DNA of 64,000 bases from Spirochaetota bacterium (GTDB lineage: Bacteria; Spirochaetota; UBA4802; UBA5550): NCBI GenBank assembly GCA_050298055.1, contig JBNKTL010000009.1:53037-117036 (forward strand), given 5' to 3'. This document shows, in pieces, positions 30,786-41,712 of this stretch. Each line of letters starts with the position of its first letter. Position 1 is the first letter of the stretch. The notes beneath the pieces were generated by a model. The model was not told the DNA's origin, made no database searches, and saw nothing but the letters and a program-made list of their open reading frames with translations. A program made the position numbers and the translations under genes.

Positions 30786-32864
30786 ATGATCAAAGATGCG
30801 AACTTTTTATGTGAAATAGGCACCGAGGAGATCCCTGCCGGTTATATTCCCCCGGCCATGAGTGCTATTAAGGATATCCTGAGCAGCAAATTAAAGGAAA
30901 GCCGTATTGAATATGCCGATATTGAATTGTTTGCAACACCCAGAAGAATCGCGATCTTCATCTCTCATCTCTCTGACAGGCAGCTGGAAGAAGAGGTCGA
31001 GATCAAAGGACCTTCGGTAAAGGCGGCATATGACACAGATAAAAAACCGACCAGGGCGTTAGAGGGGTTCCTTAAGGGGAACAGTGTTGATTTAAAGGAC
31101 ACCTTTACCGTTGACACTGATAAGGGTGAGTATGTCTACGCCAGGAAAAAACTGGAATCCAGCGATACAATTGATATTATTCCGGAGCTGATTGATCATG
31201 TGGTAAAGGAGATCCCCTTTCCCAAGCAGATGAAGTGGAGCAATAAGGGGATACTCTTCCCCCGGCCCATAAGATATTTTCTGGTTCTTTTTAATGACAG
31301 GGTTGTGGAATACGAGATGGATGGGATAAAGGCATCCGACAAGACCCGGGGCCACTATATCCAGCATGATGAGATGCTGGATATAAAAAAGATCTCTGAT
31401 TATGAAAAGATACTGGAGAAGAACGGTGTCATTATCGATCAGAAAAAGAGGAAAGAACTTATATCCGGTGAACTGAAGAAGGCTGCCGAGGGTGTTGGAG
31501 GAGTACTCATTGAGGACGAAGAACTCCTTGATACGGTCACCTTTCTTGTTGAAAATCCCCACATCGCGGTCTGTGAGTTCAACAGCGATTTCCTCAGGAT
31601 ACCTGATATCGTCCTTATCGCCGAAATGAAGGAACATCAGAAGTACTTCTCTGTTGCCGATAAGAACGGCAAACTGACCAGGTACTTCCTTGTGACATCC
31701 AATAATCCTGTTAATGAAAATGTAAAGACGGGAAATGTGCGGGTCATAACCGCCCGGTTCAATGACGCGGGCTTTTTCTATGACGAAGACAGTAAACTGA
31801 AGCTTGAGGAAAGGGTTGAGTCCCTTAAAAGTGTCCTGTTTCACAAGGACCTTGGTTCAATATACGATAAGGTTATCCGGATGCAGGAAGTCGCGGGGGC
31901 CATTATCCATGAACTTGGACTTGATGCGGATAAGGCCGGAAAAATTGAACGGGCCATTCTCCTTTCAAAAACAGATCTTGTAACATCAATGGTTATTGAG
32001 TTTCCTTCCCTGCAGGGGAAGGTTGGCAGGATATACGCCCTCAATGACGGCGAGGAGAGCGAGGTTGCCGGGGCAATAAATGAACACTATAAACCGAGAT
32101 CCCAGGACGATGAGAATCCCACCAGTATGGTCTCCATTGTTGTTTCCCTCTCTGAGAAGATCGATAACATCTTCGGGTCGTTTTCCGTGGGGAACATTCC
32201 AAAGGGTTCACAGGACCCCTATGCCCTGAGAAGGCAGGCCAATGCAATTGCGGATATTCTCATAAGCGGTAATATCAATCTTGAACTGAAGCAGGTCCTT
32301 GAAAAAGTCGCGGAAAAATATAAAAACGGTCCCGGCCTTGTTGATCAGATCATCGATTTTCTTTCCGCAAGGGTAAAGACGATATTCGCGGACCGCGGTC
32401 TCCGGTATGACGAGATCGATGCCTGCCTCTCAACAGAGAGTACCGATTATACGGAGTTATTCAGGGTTGCGAAGAGCCTTAACGAATTCAGAAAGAAAGA
32501 AAAGTTTTCTGAAATGCTTCTCGGTTTTAAACGAATGAACAATATTGTTACCCAGTTCAGGAAGAAGAATGATAATTACAGCCTGAAATTTGATGAATCA
32601 AAGCTTGTGGAGAAAGAGGAGAAAGATCTCTATGCCTTCTTCAGGGAAAGAAGGAGTGATATTGACAGCTATATCAGCAGGAGCAGCTATATTGAACTCT
32701 TCAATTTTATTATTGAAGGGAAGAACCTCATTGACAGTTTCTTTGACAAGGTGCTTGTTATGGATAAGGATACGGCCATCAGGGACAACAGGATCTCCCT
32801 GATTGAGGATATCCTGGGGAATTTTACCGGTATTATGGACTTTTCAAAGATATCGGACAGTTGA
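30786..32864 (+). CDS. glyS: Glycine--tRNA ligase beta subunit
   Basis: EIGTEEIP, TPRR, EFPSLQG, GSQDPYALRR, DALR-like C-terminus. Confidence 0.96.
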   Translation: MIKDANFLCEIGTEEIPAGYIPPAMSAIKDILSSKLKESRIEYADIELFATPRRIAIFISHLSDRQLEEEVEIKGPSVKAAYDTDKKPTRALEGFLKGNSVDLKDTFTVDTDKGEYVYARKKLESSDTIDIIPELIDHVVKEIPFPKQMKWSNKGILFPRPIRYFLVLFNDRVVEYEMDGIKASDKTRGHYIQHDEMLDIKKISDYEKILEKNGVIIDQKKRKELISGELKKAAEGVGGVLIEDEELLDTVTFLVENPHIAVCEFNSDFLRIPDIVLIAEMKEHQKYFSVADKNGKLTRYFLVTSNNPVNENVKTGNVRVITARFNDAGFFYDEDSKLKLEERVESLKSVLFHKDLGSIYDKVIRMQEVAGAIIHELGLDADKAGKIERAILLSKTDLVTSMVIEFPSLQGKVGRIYALNDGEESEVAGAINEHYKPRSQDDENPTSMVSIVVSLSEKIDNIFGSFSVGNIPKGSQDPYALRRQANAIADILISGNINLELKQVLEKVAEKYKNGPGLVDQIIDFLSARVKTIFADRGLRYDEIDACLSTESTDYTELFRVAKSLNEFRKKEKFSEMLLGFKRMNNIVTQFRKKNDNYSLKFDESKLVEKEEKDLYAFFRERRSDIDSYISRSSYIELFNFIIEGKNLIDSFFDKVLVMDKDTAIRDNRISLIEDILGNFTGIMDFSKISDS

Positions 32865-32888
32865 TATTTTTTCCTGTTAAAACAGGGA

Positions 32889-33662
32889 TCATTTCTTTTT
32901 TAGCGGTTTCTTTTTCTTTGCAGGAGGGTTTTTCCCCGGTTTGGAAGTCCCGGCTTTAGCCGTTGATTTCTTACTCCCGGCAGGTTTTTTCCGGGAGAAC
33001 ATTTCCATTGCTCCATCTTCAATCCTGTACGCTCTGTCAGAAATTTCCACAAGGTGGGTCTCATGGGTAGCCAGCACCGTTGTTATCCCCCTCTCCTCTT
33101 TTAAGCGAATAAAAAGATCAATAATATCTTTCGTAGTCTCATCATCCAGGTTACCGGTGGGTTCGTCCGCAAGTATGAGAAGGGGATTGTTTATGATTGC
33201 CCGTGCAATGGCAACTCTCTGCCTTTCTCCGCCGGAGAGGGTTGCGGGATACTGGTTGATGATGTTCCCGATTTTAAGAAAATCAACAAGTTCAGCAATT
33301 TCACCGTTAATGTTTTTTGAAGTAAACGGGTTCAGGATTGCCGGGTAGAGGATATTCTCATAGGCTGTGAGTTCGGGAAAAAGACTGAAAAACTGGAACA
33401 CAAAACCCATCTTCCTGTTCCTGAAACGGGACCTTTTCATATCTCCCCACCTGAATATATTCTGGCCCTGGAAACGGACACTGCCGTCATCCGGTTTCAG
33501 GAGTCCCGATATGATACCGAGCAGGGTGGATTTCCCGGTGCCCGATTTTCCGGTTATGGCGACAATTTTACCCGGTTCTATATCAAGGTTTATTCCGTGA
33601 AGAATGTTCCTGTCTCCGAATGAGACACGGATGTTTTCAAGTTGTACAAGAGGTTTATTCAT
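32889..33662 (-). CDS. ABC transporter ATPase (LolD/MacB-like)
   Basis: [26 protein letters not shown]. Confidence 0.9.
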   Translation of the reverse strand: MNKPLVQLENIRVSFGDRNILHGINLDIEPGKIVAITGKSGTGKSTLLGIISGLLKPDDGSVRFQGQNIFRWGDMKRSRFRNRKMGFVFQFFSLFPELTAYENILYPAILNPFTSKNINGEIAELVDFLKIGNIINQYPATLSGGERQRVAIARAIINNPLLILADEPTGNLDDETTKDIIDLFIRLKEERGITTVLATHETHLVEISDRAYRIEDGAMEMFSRKKPAGSKKSTAKAGTSKPGKNPPAKKKKPLKKK

Positions 33663-33673
33663 TGTTTCACTTC

Positions 33674-34969
33674 TCAGCTTGTCTTTTTTACCGCCTTGAA
33701 GAGGCTCATGTTTGACGCAAAGAGAGCGGGAATAAATGCCGAAAGCGATGAAATCGAAACAGAGAGAAGAACGGCTTTGAGCAGAAGGTCGATTCCCGCG
33801 GGTTTGAATGTAAGGCCTTTAAGAACGGGTATCCACGATGAGAGGTTCCCGGTCATATAGCCCGTGAGATAGTTCCCCGCATAGAATCCTATAACGCCGT
33901 ACAGGGCCCCGATCAGGGCTGCTTCCAGAATGAAGAGAAAGACAATCCTTATTTTTGAAACTCCGATGACCCTTTTAAGAGAAAATCCGTAACTCCTGTT
34001 ATGCACGATTATCAGGTATGAGTTGAATATGGCGATAACCGTTAAGAGAAGGACCACTGCGACGATCAAGAGGGAGAGGCCGTCGACGATTTCCAGAGCC
34101 CTGTTGGTCTTTCTTGAAATGTCCGCCTGGGACTCAATCTTCAGGTTCATCTTTTTTAATTTTGCTGTCAGAGAAGGAAGCAGTTTGATATCCTTTACCC
34201 GGGCAAAAAGCCGGACATAGGAGTACCCCTTTTTATATTTTCCCGTGTCCTGGCTGTGCGCCCGGGTAAATTTTGAAATAAAGGTATTGGGAACAAGGAT
34301 CCCTGTAAAATTTAGAGCTGAAGTAAAGGAGTGAAGTTTGGCAGGGAGTACGTATTTCTTCTCCACATCGGAATAATAATTGGTTGTGACAATCTGCAGT
34401 TTTCCGGGAAACCCTATCAACATCTTTTCATTAAACTGCGGCAGGCCCCTTACCGAGGTAAACTGGTTCAGAATAGCCAGTGACATCCGGGGAAGAATCA
34501 CGGGAAGCACCGGAGTGTTCCTGAATTCTTTCCATCTTCTTTCCTTTCCCCTGAAAAATCCCGTATCGATTCCAAAAACAGGAACATGCTGTTTTTTCTT
34601 CTTTCCCAGGAATTCAGCCTTGACTTTGACCTCATAGTTAAGCCGGGTAAGACCGTAAACATGGGAAAATTCCTTTAATTTTCGGATCATGACCACTTTC
34701 CAGGGAGGAATGGCGTTGCTTTTACTTGCTATTGTGGAGAATGTTTCACTCCCACTTTGTGTCCGGGGATAGATTGTTATCTCATTAATTGCCATTGTTC
34801 CGAAAAGTTTCTTTCCGATATATTCCTTCACGGAACTTCTCAGGGAGAGATAGAGAACAAGAAACGAGATAAGAAAGAGTATCCCGAAGCTTGAAACCAG
34901 TGCCTTCAGGATATTCTTGGACATATCTTTTAAGGTGAATTTGAGATTACGGGTAAAGTATCTAAACAT
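33674..34969 (-). CDS. FtsX/MacB-type ABC permease
   Basis: One N-terminal TM, large periplasmic loop, three C-terminal TMs, FILEAALIG. Confidence 0.8.
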   Translation of the reverse strand: MFRYFTRNLKFTLKDMSKNILKALVSSFGILFLISFLVLYLSLRSSVKEYIGKKLFGTMAINEITIYPRTQSGSETFSTIASKSNAIPPWKVVMIRKLKEFSHVYGLTRLNYEVKVKAEFLGKKKKQHVPVFGIDTGFFRGKERRWKEFRNTPVLPVILPRMSLAILNQFTSVRGLPQFNEKMLIGFPGKLQIVTTNYYSDVEKKYVLPAKLHSFTSALNFTGILVPNTFISKFTRAHSQDTGKYKKGYSYVRLFARVKDIKLLPSLTAKLKKMNLKIESQADISRKTNRALEIVDGLSLLIVAVVLLLTVIAIFNSYLIIVHNRSYGFSLKRVIGVSKIRIVFLFILEAALIGALYGVIGFYAGNYLTGYMTGNLSSWIPVLKGLTFKPAGIDLLLKAVLLSVSISSLSAFIPALFASNMSLFKAVKKTS

Positions 34970-35169
34970 ATCGCGTTATTTTACAGATTTTAATAATGAA
35001 CTCCCGATTATAATAATTAATGGTATATTTACAATAAGGTTCTTTACGTCAACAAATTGTTTTAATAATGTCTTCCTACAATAGGTTACATATATTTTAT
35101 AGAGGAATGATATTAATTACCAGTACATTTTGTAACTGCTGAGTTTGAGAAGAAATATGACTACTCTTC

Positions 35170-35306
35170 GTAACTCAGTTATATATAAGAATAATCATAT
35201 TCAATAAAAAAGATAACTGATATGTCCCCGCCGCGGTCGGCGGCGGGGACATATTCTTGATATTATAGTAAATAGGTTGATTATAACCATATAGCTGAAT
35301 AGTAAC
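35170..35306. mobile_element. ~135-bp palindromic element, copy B
   Basis: Ends GTAACTCAGTTATAT / ATATAGCTGAATAGTAAC; central stem ATATGTCCCCGCCGC..GCGGCGGGGACATAT at 35220-35254. Confidence 0.75.
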
Positions 35307-35450
35307 TATTCTCAAATTAAGCCGGAGTGGTTACTAATTTTTTAACTTTTTTAATTCTCTGTTGTCGGTATATTCAAAAAGGGAACTGTTTTTCTTCTTT
35401 AATAAAGTAAAAGGTAAAAGGAGTCATCTTTTACATATGAGGGAAGTAAC

Positions 35451-36344
35451 ATGAAAATATGTAATACAATAATATTATTTTTTTTAATTTTATTACCTGC
35501 TGAAAAGATTAAAGATCTCACTGCCGCGGAGGGGACCTCTGAAGAGAGTGTTGAACTGAAATGGATACCTGGTAAGGATAGGAGAGAAATTGCTGTTTAC
35601 CGGTCAACTTTAAAAGAAGGCCCCTATGAAGAACTGGGTATTACCGACGGGAATGTATACATCGACAGATCTGCAATTCCCGGCATCGTCTACTGGTACA
35701 GGATTCTCCCCCTGGATGAAGGATCTCCACTGGAATTGAGTCCCCCGGTATCGGGGTATCGGAAAACCCTCCCTGTTAAAGGTGAGAAGCTTGAGAGCAT
35801 CCTGAAAAAAAAAGTGAGAAAACATCCTGTGGTTCGCGACAAAAAGGAGAAGGCACTTATTGCAAAATTCAATAAACTCCTGTTGAAATTTTATACAAAT
35901 AATGTAAAGCTCTCTATTATCATGGCCGTTGGGAAACACTATATTAAAAAGGGAGATCTCATCCTGTTAAATGATTTTGATGAATATATTTTCGATTATC
36001 CCGAAAGAATGTCCTATTTTATAAAAAAGGGAAAGTACAGGGTCAAATACTACTCGAAAAAGTTTTCGAAACTGATGCTGCATAGCAGAAGGCTGGACCC
36101 CGCTAAGAACAGGCTCTCTCAAAGGCTCTTTAAAAACAGCCTTGTTTTCTGCATCGATACCGGTGAGACGAAAGTCATGGATGAAGATGATGTTGAAAGA
36201 GTTGTGAAAACATACGAAGCTGTGGGAGTATCAACAGAGTATTACCGCGATAGTCATGACTGGCGTTTCAGGACAATTCTCACAGGTTCAAGTAACAATA
36301 AAATTAAAAAGATGATGAAGGACGCGCAGAAAAGGAAAAGGTGA
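35451..36344 (+). CDS. Secreted protein with N-terminal fibronectin type III-like domain
   Basis: Signal peptide; VELKW..VYRS..YIDRSA.PGIVYWYRI. Confidence 0.6.
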   Translation: MKICNTIILFFLILLPAEKIKDLTAAEGTSEESVELKWIPGKDRREIAVYRSTLKEGPYEELGITDGNVYIDRSAIPGIVYWYRILPLDEGSPLELSPPVSGYRKTLPVKGEKLESILKKKVRKHPVVRDKKEKALIAKFNKLLLKFYTNNVKLSIIMAVGKHYIKKGDLILLNDFDEYIFDYPERMSYFIKKGKYRVKYYSKKFSKLMLHSRRLDPAKNRLSQRLFKNSLVFCIDTGETKVMDEDDVERVVKTYEAVGVSTEYYRDSHDWRFRTILTGSSNNKIKKMMKDAQKRKR

Positions 36345-37406
36345 ATGAAGACTCAAATAAAATTTATTCTCTCTGTGATGCTGGTTGCTGTTTTCACAAC
36401 CGGGTGCAGCTATCTCCAGAAGAGTATCGACAGGGCCGGCATCAGGGATATTTCCGAAAAGATCATGAATGATTTTCATCCCGGAAAGCCCCGGGAATTG
36501 CAGGAGCTGGTTGAATCCCTGGATATATCCTCTTACACTCAACCTGAAAAAAATGTAAAATTCAAACGTACACCCCTGAAAAAGTGGAGCATGAACCCCG
36601 GTCCGGGCAGAGAAATAATCGAGGAAAAGATCGAGTTCCCCGCGTATGTTACGATTAAGGGGAGTAACAGTAACGCGGTATTCTATATCTACAGGAGGAA
36701 GAGTTTAAAGAACAGGAATGTCATACTCTGGATCCCGGGAATGGGTGTATCGGATTTTGCTTTCAGGTTTATAAAAAAGTTCTTTAAAGAGGAACTCTCA
36801 AGAGATTATGATATTGTTTTCTATAATATTCCCTATCACCTTGAGAGAAAAAAACCGGGCGGGGGAAACGGAGACGGATTTATGACCTCCGATAATTCAA
36901 GGAATATCAGGCTCTTCATTAACAGTGTCAGGGAAGTGAGAACGGCTGTTCGTTATCTTAAAAATGAGGGAGTAAAATCCATAGGAGGATGGGGGGGGTC
37001 CATAGGAGCAACGATACTTCTCCTCTCGTCAACGGTTGAAAAATATGATCATCTCACGGTTATGATCCCGGTACTTGATCTCAATCTCCTGGCCCTGGAT
37101 AACCGTTATATGCAGAATGTCGTACGCAGGATGAAAAAGAGCGGATACAGTGAAAATGAGATGAGAAAGGCCTACAGGATTGTAAGCCCTGTTAATTATC
37201 CCCTTAGTGTTGCTCCTGAAAGGGTGCTGATCCTCTATGCGGAATATGACCAGTTTACACCTCCTGACCTTATCAGGGAATACGCGCGGAATAATAAAGT
37301 CAAAAAAATCCTGGGTTACAGAAGGAGCCATTCGACAATTCTGCTGACATCGGATATGTACAGTGATTACGGACGGTTTCTCGACTCCTTAAACAGCAAT
37401 CAGTAG
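36345..37406 (+). CDS. Alpha/beta-hydrolase-fold lipoprotein
   Basis: Lipobox TTGC; nucleophile elbow GGSIG; YDQ and SHS candidate Asp/His. Confidence 0.65.
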   Translation: MKTQIKFILSVMLVAVFTTGCSYLQKSIDRAGIRDISEKIMNDFHPGKPRELQELVESLDISSYTQPEKNVKFKRTPLKKWSMNPGPGREIIEEKIEFPAYVTIKGSNSNAVFYIYRRKSLKNRNVILWIPGMGVSDFAFRFIKKFFKEELSRDYDIVFYNIPYHLERKKPGGGNGDGFMTSDNSRNIRLFINSVREVRTAVRYLKNEGVKSIGGWGGSIGATILLLSSTVEKYDHLTVMIPVLDLNLLALDNRYMQNVVRRMKKSGYSENEMRKAYRIVSPVNYPLSVAPERVLILYAEYDQFTPPDLIREYARNNKVKKILGYRRSHSTILLTSDMYSDYGRFLDSLNSNQ

Positions 37407-38617
37407 CTGAACATACCTTTTTCATAGAGGAGCATATTTTTGCCGTTTTTCAGCAGGGCCGTTACCACTTTCTCCTCGGTATTTACCAGGTCCCAGTGGA
37501 GCGCGGAATCGTTAAAGCCGAGGTCTTTCTTCATCTTTGGAGTAAGTTTTGAAGTATCACCCCTGTATGTATCGGAGTAGGAGGTCCCGATGGCTATGTG
37601 GCTGTTCCCGTTTTTTCCCCCGAAGTTCTCATCGAACAATGTGTCTGCCATAAAACGGTCAATCTTTGAAAACCGCCTGTCGGTAAGGGAAAACTCACCT
37701 ATTCTTCCTGAACCGGTGTCCATCTTTACCATCTGGTTGAGAAATTTATCTCCTTTACCCGCACGGGCCCTTACCACATTTCCTTTCTCAAACTCAAGCT
37801 TAACATCGGTTACATAGTTGCCGCTTCTGAAGGAGGGGAGGTTCGCGTAATAGACCCCTTCGGTGCCCCTCCAGTCGGGAGATGTGAAGATTTCAAATGA
37901 CGGTATGTTGTGGCCGGAAACTCCCATGAACCGTCTCTTTTCACCCAGGGTGATGGTGAGGTCGCAGGAATCGGACTCAAGGTATATCTTTTTTATGGGG
38001 AGGCTGTTAAGCCATTTTTTTATCTCGCTGCTGTTTTTATAGATCTCCGTCCATTTGGCCACGGGGTCCTTCGCGTTCAGGTAACAGGCCTTGATTATCT
38101 GCTTTGAGTATTCTTTCAGGGATATCTTTGCCTGGGATGCCAGTTCTTCCGTGGGGTAGGTGCAGAGGGTCCAGCTGAACTTTCCCGTCTCCTCCCTCTT
38201 CTCAAGTATCTTCCTCAGTGTCTTTCGTGTTATTGCCACTTCGTTGATCTTTTTCGGGTCTGTGTTTTTCAGGTGGGTCAGGGAGGCGGGGGCCGATAAG
38301 AAGATGTTCCCGTTGAGGCTCTCCATATAGGTATTTTCCCAGTTGCCGATAAATGTCCGCTGTTTTTTATCGGAGTATGAAAAAAAGTCCTGCTCCATGA
38401 CCGGTGTTGAAAGTCCTCTCATAATCGGGATCAATTTTCTTTTGATCAGTTTCCTGTGGAGGGTCTCCGCAAGGGGAAGGGCGTCAATATCGAACCTCAC
38501 ATTGATAATATCGTAAGGCTTATATTTTTTTGTGCGCCCGGTATCAAGGCCCCAGATGAGGATATCGGCGTATTTTTCAAGTTCCGTTTTCGATAGTGGC
38601 ATCTTATTTTCTCCCAT
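37400..38617 (-). CDS. M29 aminopeptidase
   Basis: NIPSFEIFTSPD, IGEFSL, LFDEN, HIAIG, SALHWD. Confidence 0.9.
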   Translation of the reverse strand: MGENKMPLSKTELEKYADILIWGLDTGRTKKYKPYDIINVRFDIDALPLAETLHRKLIKRKLIPIMRGLSTPVMEQDFFSYSDKKQRTFIGNWENTYMESLNGNIFLSAPASLTHLKNTDPKKINEVAITRKTLRKILEKREETGKFSWTLCTYPTEELASQAKISLKEYSKQIIKACYLNAKDPVAKWTEIYKNSSEIKKWLNSLPIKKIYLESDSCDLTITLGEKRRFMGVSGHNIPSFEIFTSPDWRGTEGVYYANLPSFRSGNYVTDVKLEFEKGNVVRARAGKGDKFLNQMVKMDTGSGRIGEFSLTDRRFSKIDRFMADTLFDENFGGKNGNSHIAIGTSYSDTYRGDTSKLTPKMKKDLGFNDSALHWDLVNTEEKVVTALLKNGKNMLLYEKGMFSY

Positions 38618-38907
38618 TGTTTTTCTTCAGCTGATCCTGTGAGGGTACATTTATTGCAGCAGATAAAATTTATTCAATCTTAAAATTTTAAAAATAAGAT
38701 TTCTCATTCCCTGCAGAAGATCACGGTCTCCAGATTTAATAACAGGGAAGAAGGCGTACTCATGGAGGACGATTTCTGGAAATCAATGGAACTCTCTGAT
38801 TATCCGAAAAGAGTAAATAAATTATACTTGAAAACAAATAAATCCGAAAGAGAGTGTACAAGCTGTTATATCGGAAATAAAATAATTATTCCTTAAAGGA
38901 GTTTTTC

Positions 38908-39453
38908 ATGACTGATGATTTAAGAGACCTTTTAATATTTTTTGATGAGTTTGCTGAAACCGAATATACGACGACATTGATGCGGTCAGATCTTAATCTT
39001 TCTAACAGTGAATATGAACCACAAAGGGAAAAATTCATGAAATATTTTCATTCACAATTAAAACGTGGAGCGAATGATATTTCAGGTTTCTGGGAGAGAA
39101 CTTCAAATTGGTGTGAGTCAGAAGTTATCAGAGACAGTATCAAGGAAGCCGAGGGGAAACATATAAAAAGAGAATTGAAACAGGTGGAAAAATACAAAAA
39201 TCCTCAATGGGGAAAGGTTTACAGGGCTCTCAAGGCCGATGAACTCTATGTCTGTGCCGTAACGACTGTTCTCAAACCTGTTCCTGATGATGGTTTTCAT
39301 CGACTTTTTCTTATCAAAACAAAAAAGGGTGAATTTCAAATAGTCTGCTATGATACCCGTTTAAGGGAACGTGATGAGACAGATATTGGTTATGATATGG
39401 ATGATCTCTTTATTTCTCTGGGAGAAAAAATTTTCACTGAAAGAATAGAATGA
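38908..39453 (+). CDS. Hypothetical protein
   Basis: AAGGAG RBS; 181-aa ORF coupled to the next gene. Confidence 0.6.
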   Translation: MTDDLRDLLIFFDEFAETEYTTTLMRSDLNLSNSEYEPQREKFMKYFHSQLKRGANDISGFWERTSNWCESEVIRDSIKEAEGKHIKRELKQVEKYKNPQWGKVYRALKADELYVCAVTTVLKPVPDDGFHRLFLIKTKKGEFQIVCYDTRLRERDETDIGYDMDDLFISLGEKIFTERIE

Positions 39454-40433
39454 TTAACCTGAATAATTTACATAAAAAAAGGGTCTCTAGTGCAGGGGGC
39501 ATTATGAAAAAACAAAAAGGCTGGGAATTGGATTATTTACAGGACATTTTTGAGCTACAGGATGTTCTTGAAAATGAACCCGGAAAATTACTTGAATATT
39601 GCAATGAAAACCGGTTGTGCGCTGTACATCCGAATCGAAGAAAACTGGTGATTGTCCGAAGATATCATTTTAGTATGGACGGTGATTTGATTGAACTTTA
39701 TGCAGGTGAACCTTTCGGAGACAAAGGGCATTGGGGCATTCAACTGATTGACCTGGATAGGGAAGCAGTGCTTTCTTTGAGTGAGCCTCTTCCTGATAAC
39801 TTAACCTACAGGCATGTTGAATTTCAGGGGGACTCTGTCTTAATTGTTTCGGAAGAAAAACAATTTCTTACCAACTGGAATGAGTTAGAACGGAAATTCC
39901 CTTTCTTAAGCAGTTTCACGGAAAAAGAGATAGGTGAAATTTATGATTCACTAAAAAATGATTTCATCATTAAAGAAAAAGTTATCCGTAAGAAACCGAA
40001 AAAAGCGAAAGTGGAAACCGATTTTATCGGTACCTTAAAGGTAGACAAATCTAAAACATCTTTTTTTGGCAGGGGAAAGTGGAGGAATAAAACAGTAAAA
40101 CTGGATTTTCTGGTTGATAATAACGGCGAAATAGAGCGGGGACTTATAACCGCCAAAGAGTTGTGGAGCGCTCAAGCTGATTGGGATGCCAGGGTTAAAA
40201 TGTTTGCAGCCAATGAATTGTTGGAGTTGAAAAATGAAGACTGGTTGGGTAAAGATGAAAAGAAACTGAACTTAACACAATTCAAGAGCAGAATGTCACT
40301 GGAATCCATTACATTTAATGATGAGGGAAGTTTTGAGTTCTTTTTTGATGACGGAGATCTCTTTTGGGGGCATCTTATTCAGGTTTCAGGAAATATTGAT
40401 GATGGATTAACTCAAGCGATGTTTCAGGGTTAG
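39450..40433 (+). CDS. Protein with C-terminal DUF2262-like domain
   Basis: LLELKNEDWL..FKSRMSLESI..FFFDDGDLFWGHLIQV; true start may be ATG 39504. Confidence 0.6.
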   Translation: MINLNNLHKKRVSSAGGIMKKQKGWELDYLQDIFELQDVLENEPGKLLEYCNENRLCAVHPNRRKLVIVRRYHFSMDGDLIELYAGEPFGDKGHWGIQLIDLDREAVLSLSEPLPDNLTYRHVEFQGDSVLIVSEEKQFLTNWNELERKFPFLSSFTEKEIGEIYDSLKNDFIIKEKVIRKKPKKAKVETDFIGTLKVDKSKTSFFGRGKWRNKTVKLDFLVDNNGEIERGLITAKELWSAQADWDARVKMFAANELLELKNEDWLGKDEKKLNLTQFKSRMSLESITFNDEGSFEFFFDDGDLFWGHLIQVSGNIDDGLTQAMFQG

Positions 40434-40435
40434 GT

Positions 40436-41572
40436 ATGATAGAGATTCTGGACAGACTGGCAATCTTCATTACTGTTTTCGGAGCGGCGTTTTGTTTCCT
40501 TCTGGCCATTGGACAGCTCCTGATCATTCCCCGAAGGACCAACCAGTTTGTTCTGGCGGCATTCCTCGTTATGGTGAGTCTTCTTCTTTTAAACCTGGGG
40601 TTGACGAGAGATTACATCCTCAGGCATATTCACTGGATTCATGCCCTCCATGTTCCTTTTTATTATCTGGCTTTCCCTCTTTTTTCCTCGTATATATCCT
40701 CTGTGGTACAGGAGAGGGAATTTGATGAAAAGGAGAGGCTCCTTGTCTCTCCCGGTTATATTACCTTTTTACCCTTTACGGTGGCTCTTCTTGTTTATAT
40801 ACCTTACTATGTTCAGTCCGGAAAATGGAAGATCTTTTTTTTCAATCATTATCACGAGTATCCATACCTGGAAGTTTACCGGTATGTACAGTTAGCTGTG
40901 ATTTTCGGGGGGCTTTTGAGCACCCTGTATCATATTCTCAAAGCCCTTGTAAAAATCAATGCCCTGGCGCTTATAAAGGGAAGTGACCAGAGTGTGGTGT
41001 TATGGCACCTTCGAGGGGCCCTTATCTGGTTTTTTCTCCTTATGCCCTATGGTATTCTGATAACCTATTTTGACAGCCAGCTTCTGAAGCGTTACGGGTC
41101 CGCCACTGTGTCCATGGCTTTTATCTGGCTCTATCTTCTGGATTACCGATATCCCGGGTTTTTTATCCGGTTGGATAGGGAGATCCGTTCCTTTCAGAGG
41201 TATTGCAAGTACGAGAAGTCAAAAATCCTGGGGATCAATATTCCTAAAACTATTGAGCGGCTGGAACATATTGTCAAGGAAGAAAGGCTCTTTATCCATG
41301 AGGACATCACCCTGGAAAAGATGGCCAGTGTTATGAACCTGACGTCAGCTCAGCTTTCGGAGCTTCTGAATAACGTAATGGAGATCGATTTTCGCTCCTA
41401 CATCAACCGTCACCGGATAGCCGAAGCAAAACGAATGCTCCTCGATGAACCGGACCGGACCATTCTGAGCATTGCCTACGCCGTGGGATTCAATTCCAAA
41501 AGCTCTTTTAACAGAAACTTCAGGTCCGTTGCTGGTAAGACACCTGCCGAATTCCGCAGTAAAGCTGTTTAA
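40436..41572 (+). CDS. Membrane-anchored AraC-family regulator
   Basis: Multiple TM helices; QLSELLN..FRSYINRHRI..IAYAVGFNSKSSFNRNF. Confidence 0.9.
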   Translation: MIEILDRLAIFITVFGAAFCFLLAIGQLLIIPRRTNQFVLAAFLVMVSLLLLNLGLTRDYILRHIHWIHALHVPFYYLAFPLFSSYISSVVQEREFDEKERLLVSPGYITFLPFTVALLVYIPYYVQSGKWKIFFFNHYHEYPYLEVYRYVQLAVIFGGLLSTLYHILKALVKINALALIKGSDQSVVLWHLRGALIWFFLLMPYGILITYFDSQLLKRYGSATVSMAFIWLYLLDYRYPGFFIRLDREIRSFQRYCKYEKSKILGINIPKTIERLEHIVKEERLFIHEDITLEKMASVMNLTSAQLSELLNNVMEIDFRSYINRHRIAEAKRMLLDEPDRTILSIAYAVGFNSKSSFNRNFRSVAGKTPAEFRSKAV

Positions 41573-41594
41573 AAAACTTCCTCAAAACAAGAAA

Positions 41595-41623
41595 TCGTGG
41601 TGGCAATATATATATTGCGACGA
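41595..41623. promoter_or_regulatory. Palindromic candidate operator between araC and the FGE gene
   Basis: Perfect 16-bp palindrome GCAATATATATATTGC (41603-41618) framed by TCGT/ACGA. Confidence 0.4.
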
Positions 41624-41712
41624 CCGGACCATTGATGTTGTGTAAATTAAATGGTGAATAAGCCGTGAGATATTGAAAATATATCGATAGATTCAGAAAC
41701 CGGAGAAAATGG

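Noticed and set aside
25000..32864. No ribF after truB and no glyQ next to glyS
   Set aside because: Common gene-order variation; cannot be judged from one window
38690..38896. Open stretch (..MEDDFWKSMELS..) as a pseudogene
   Set aside because: No convincing start or recognisable family
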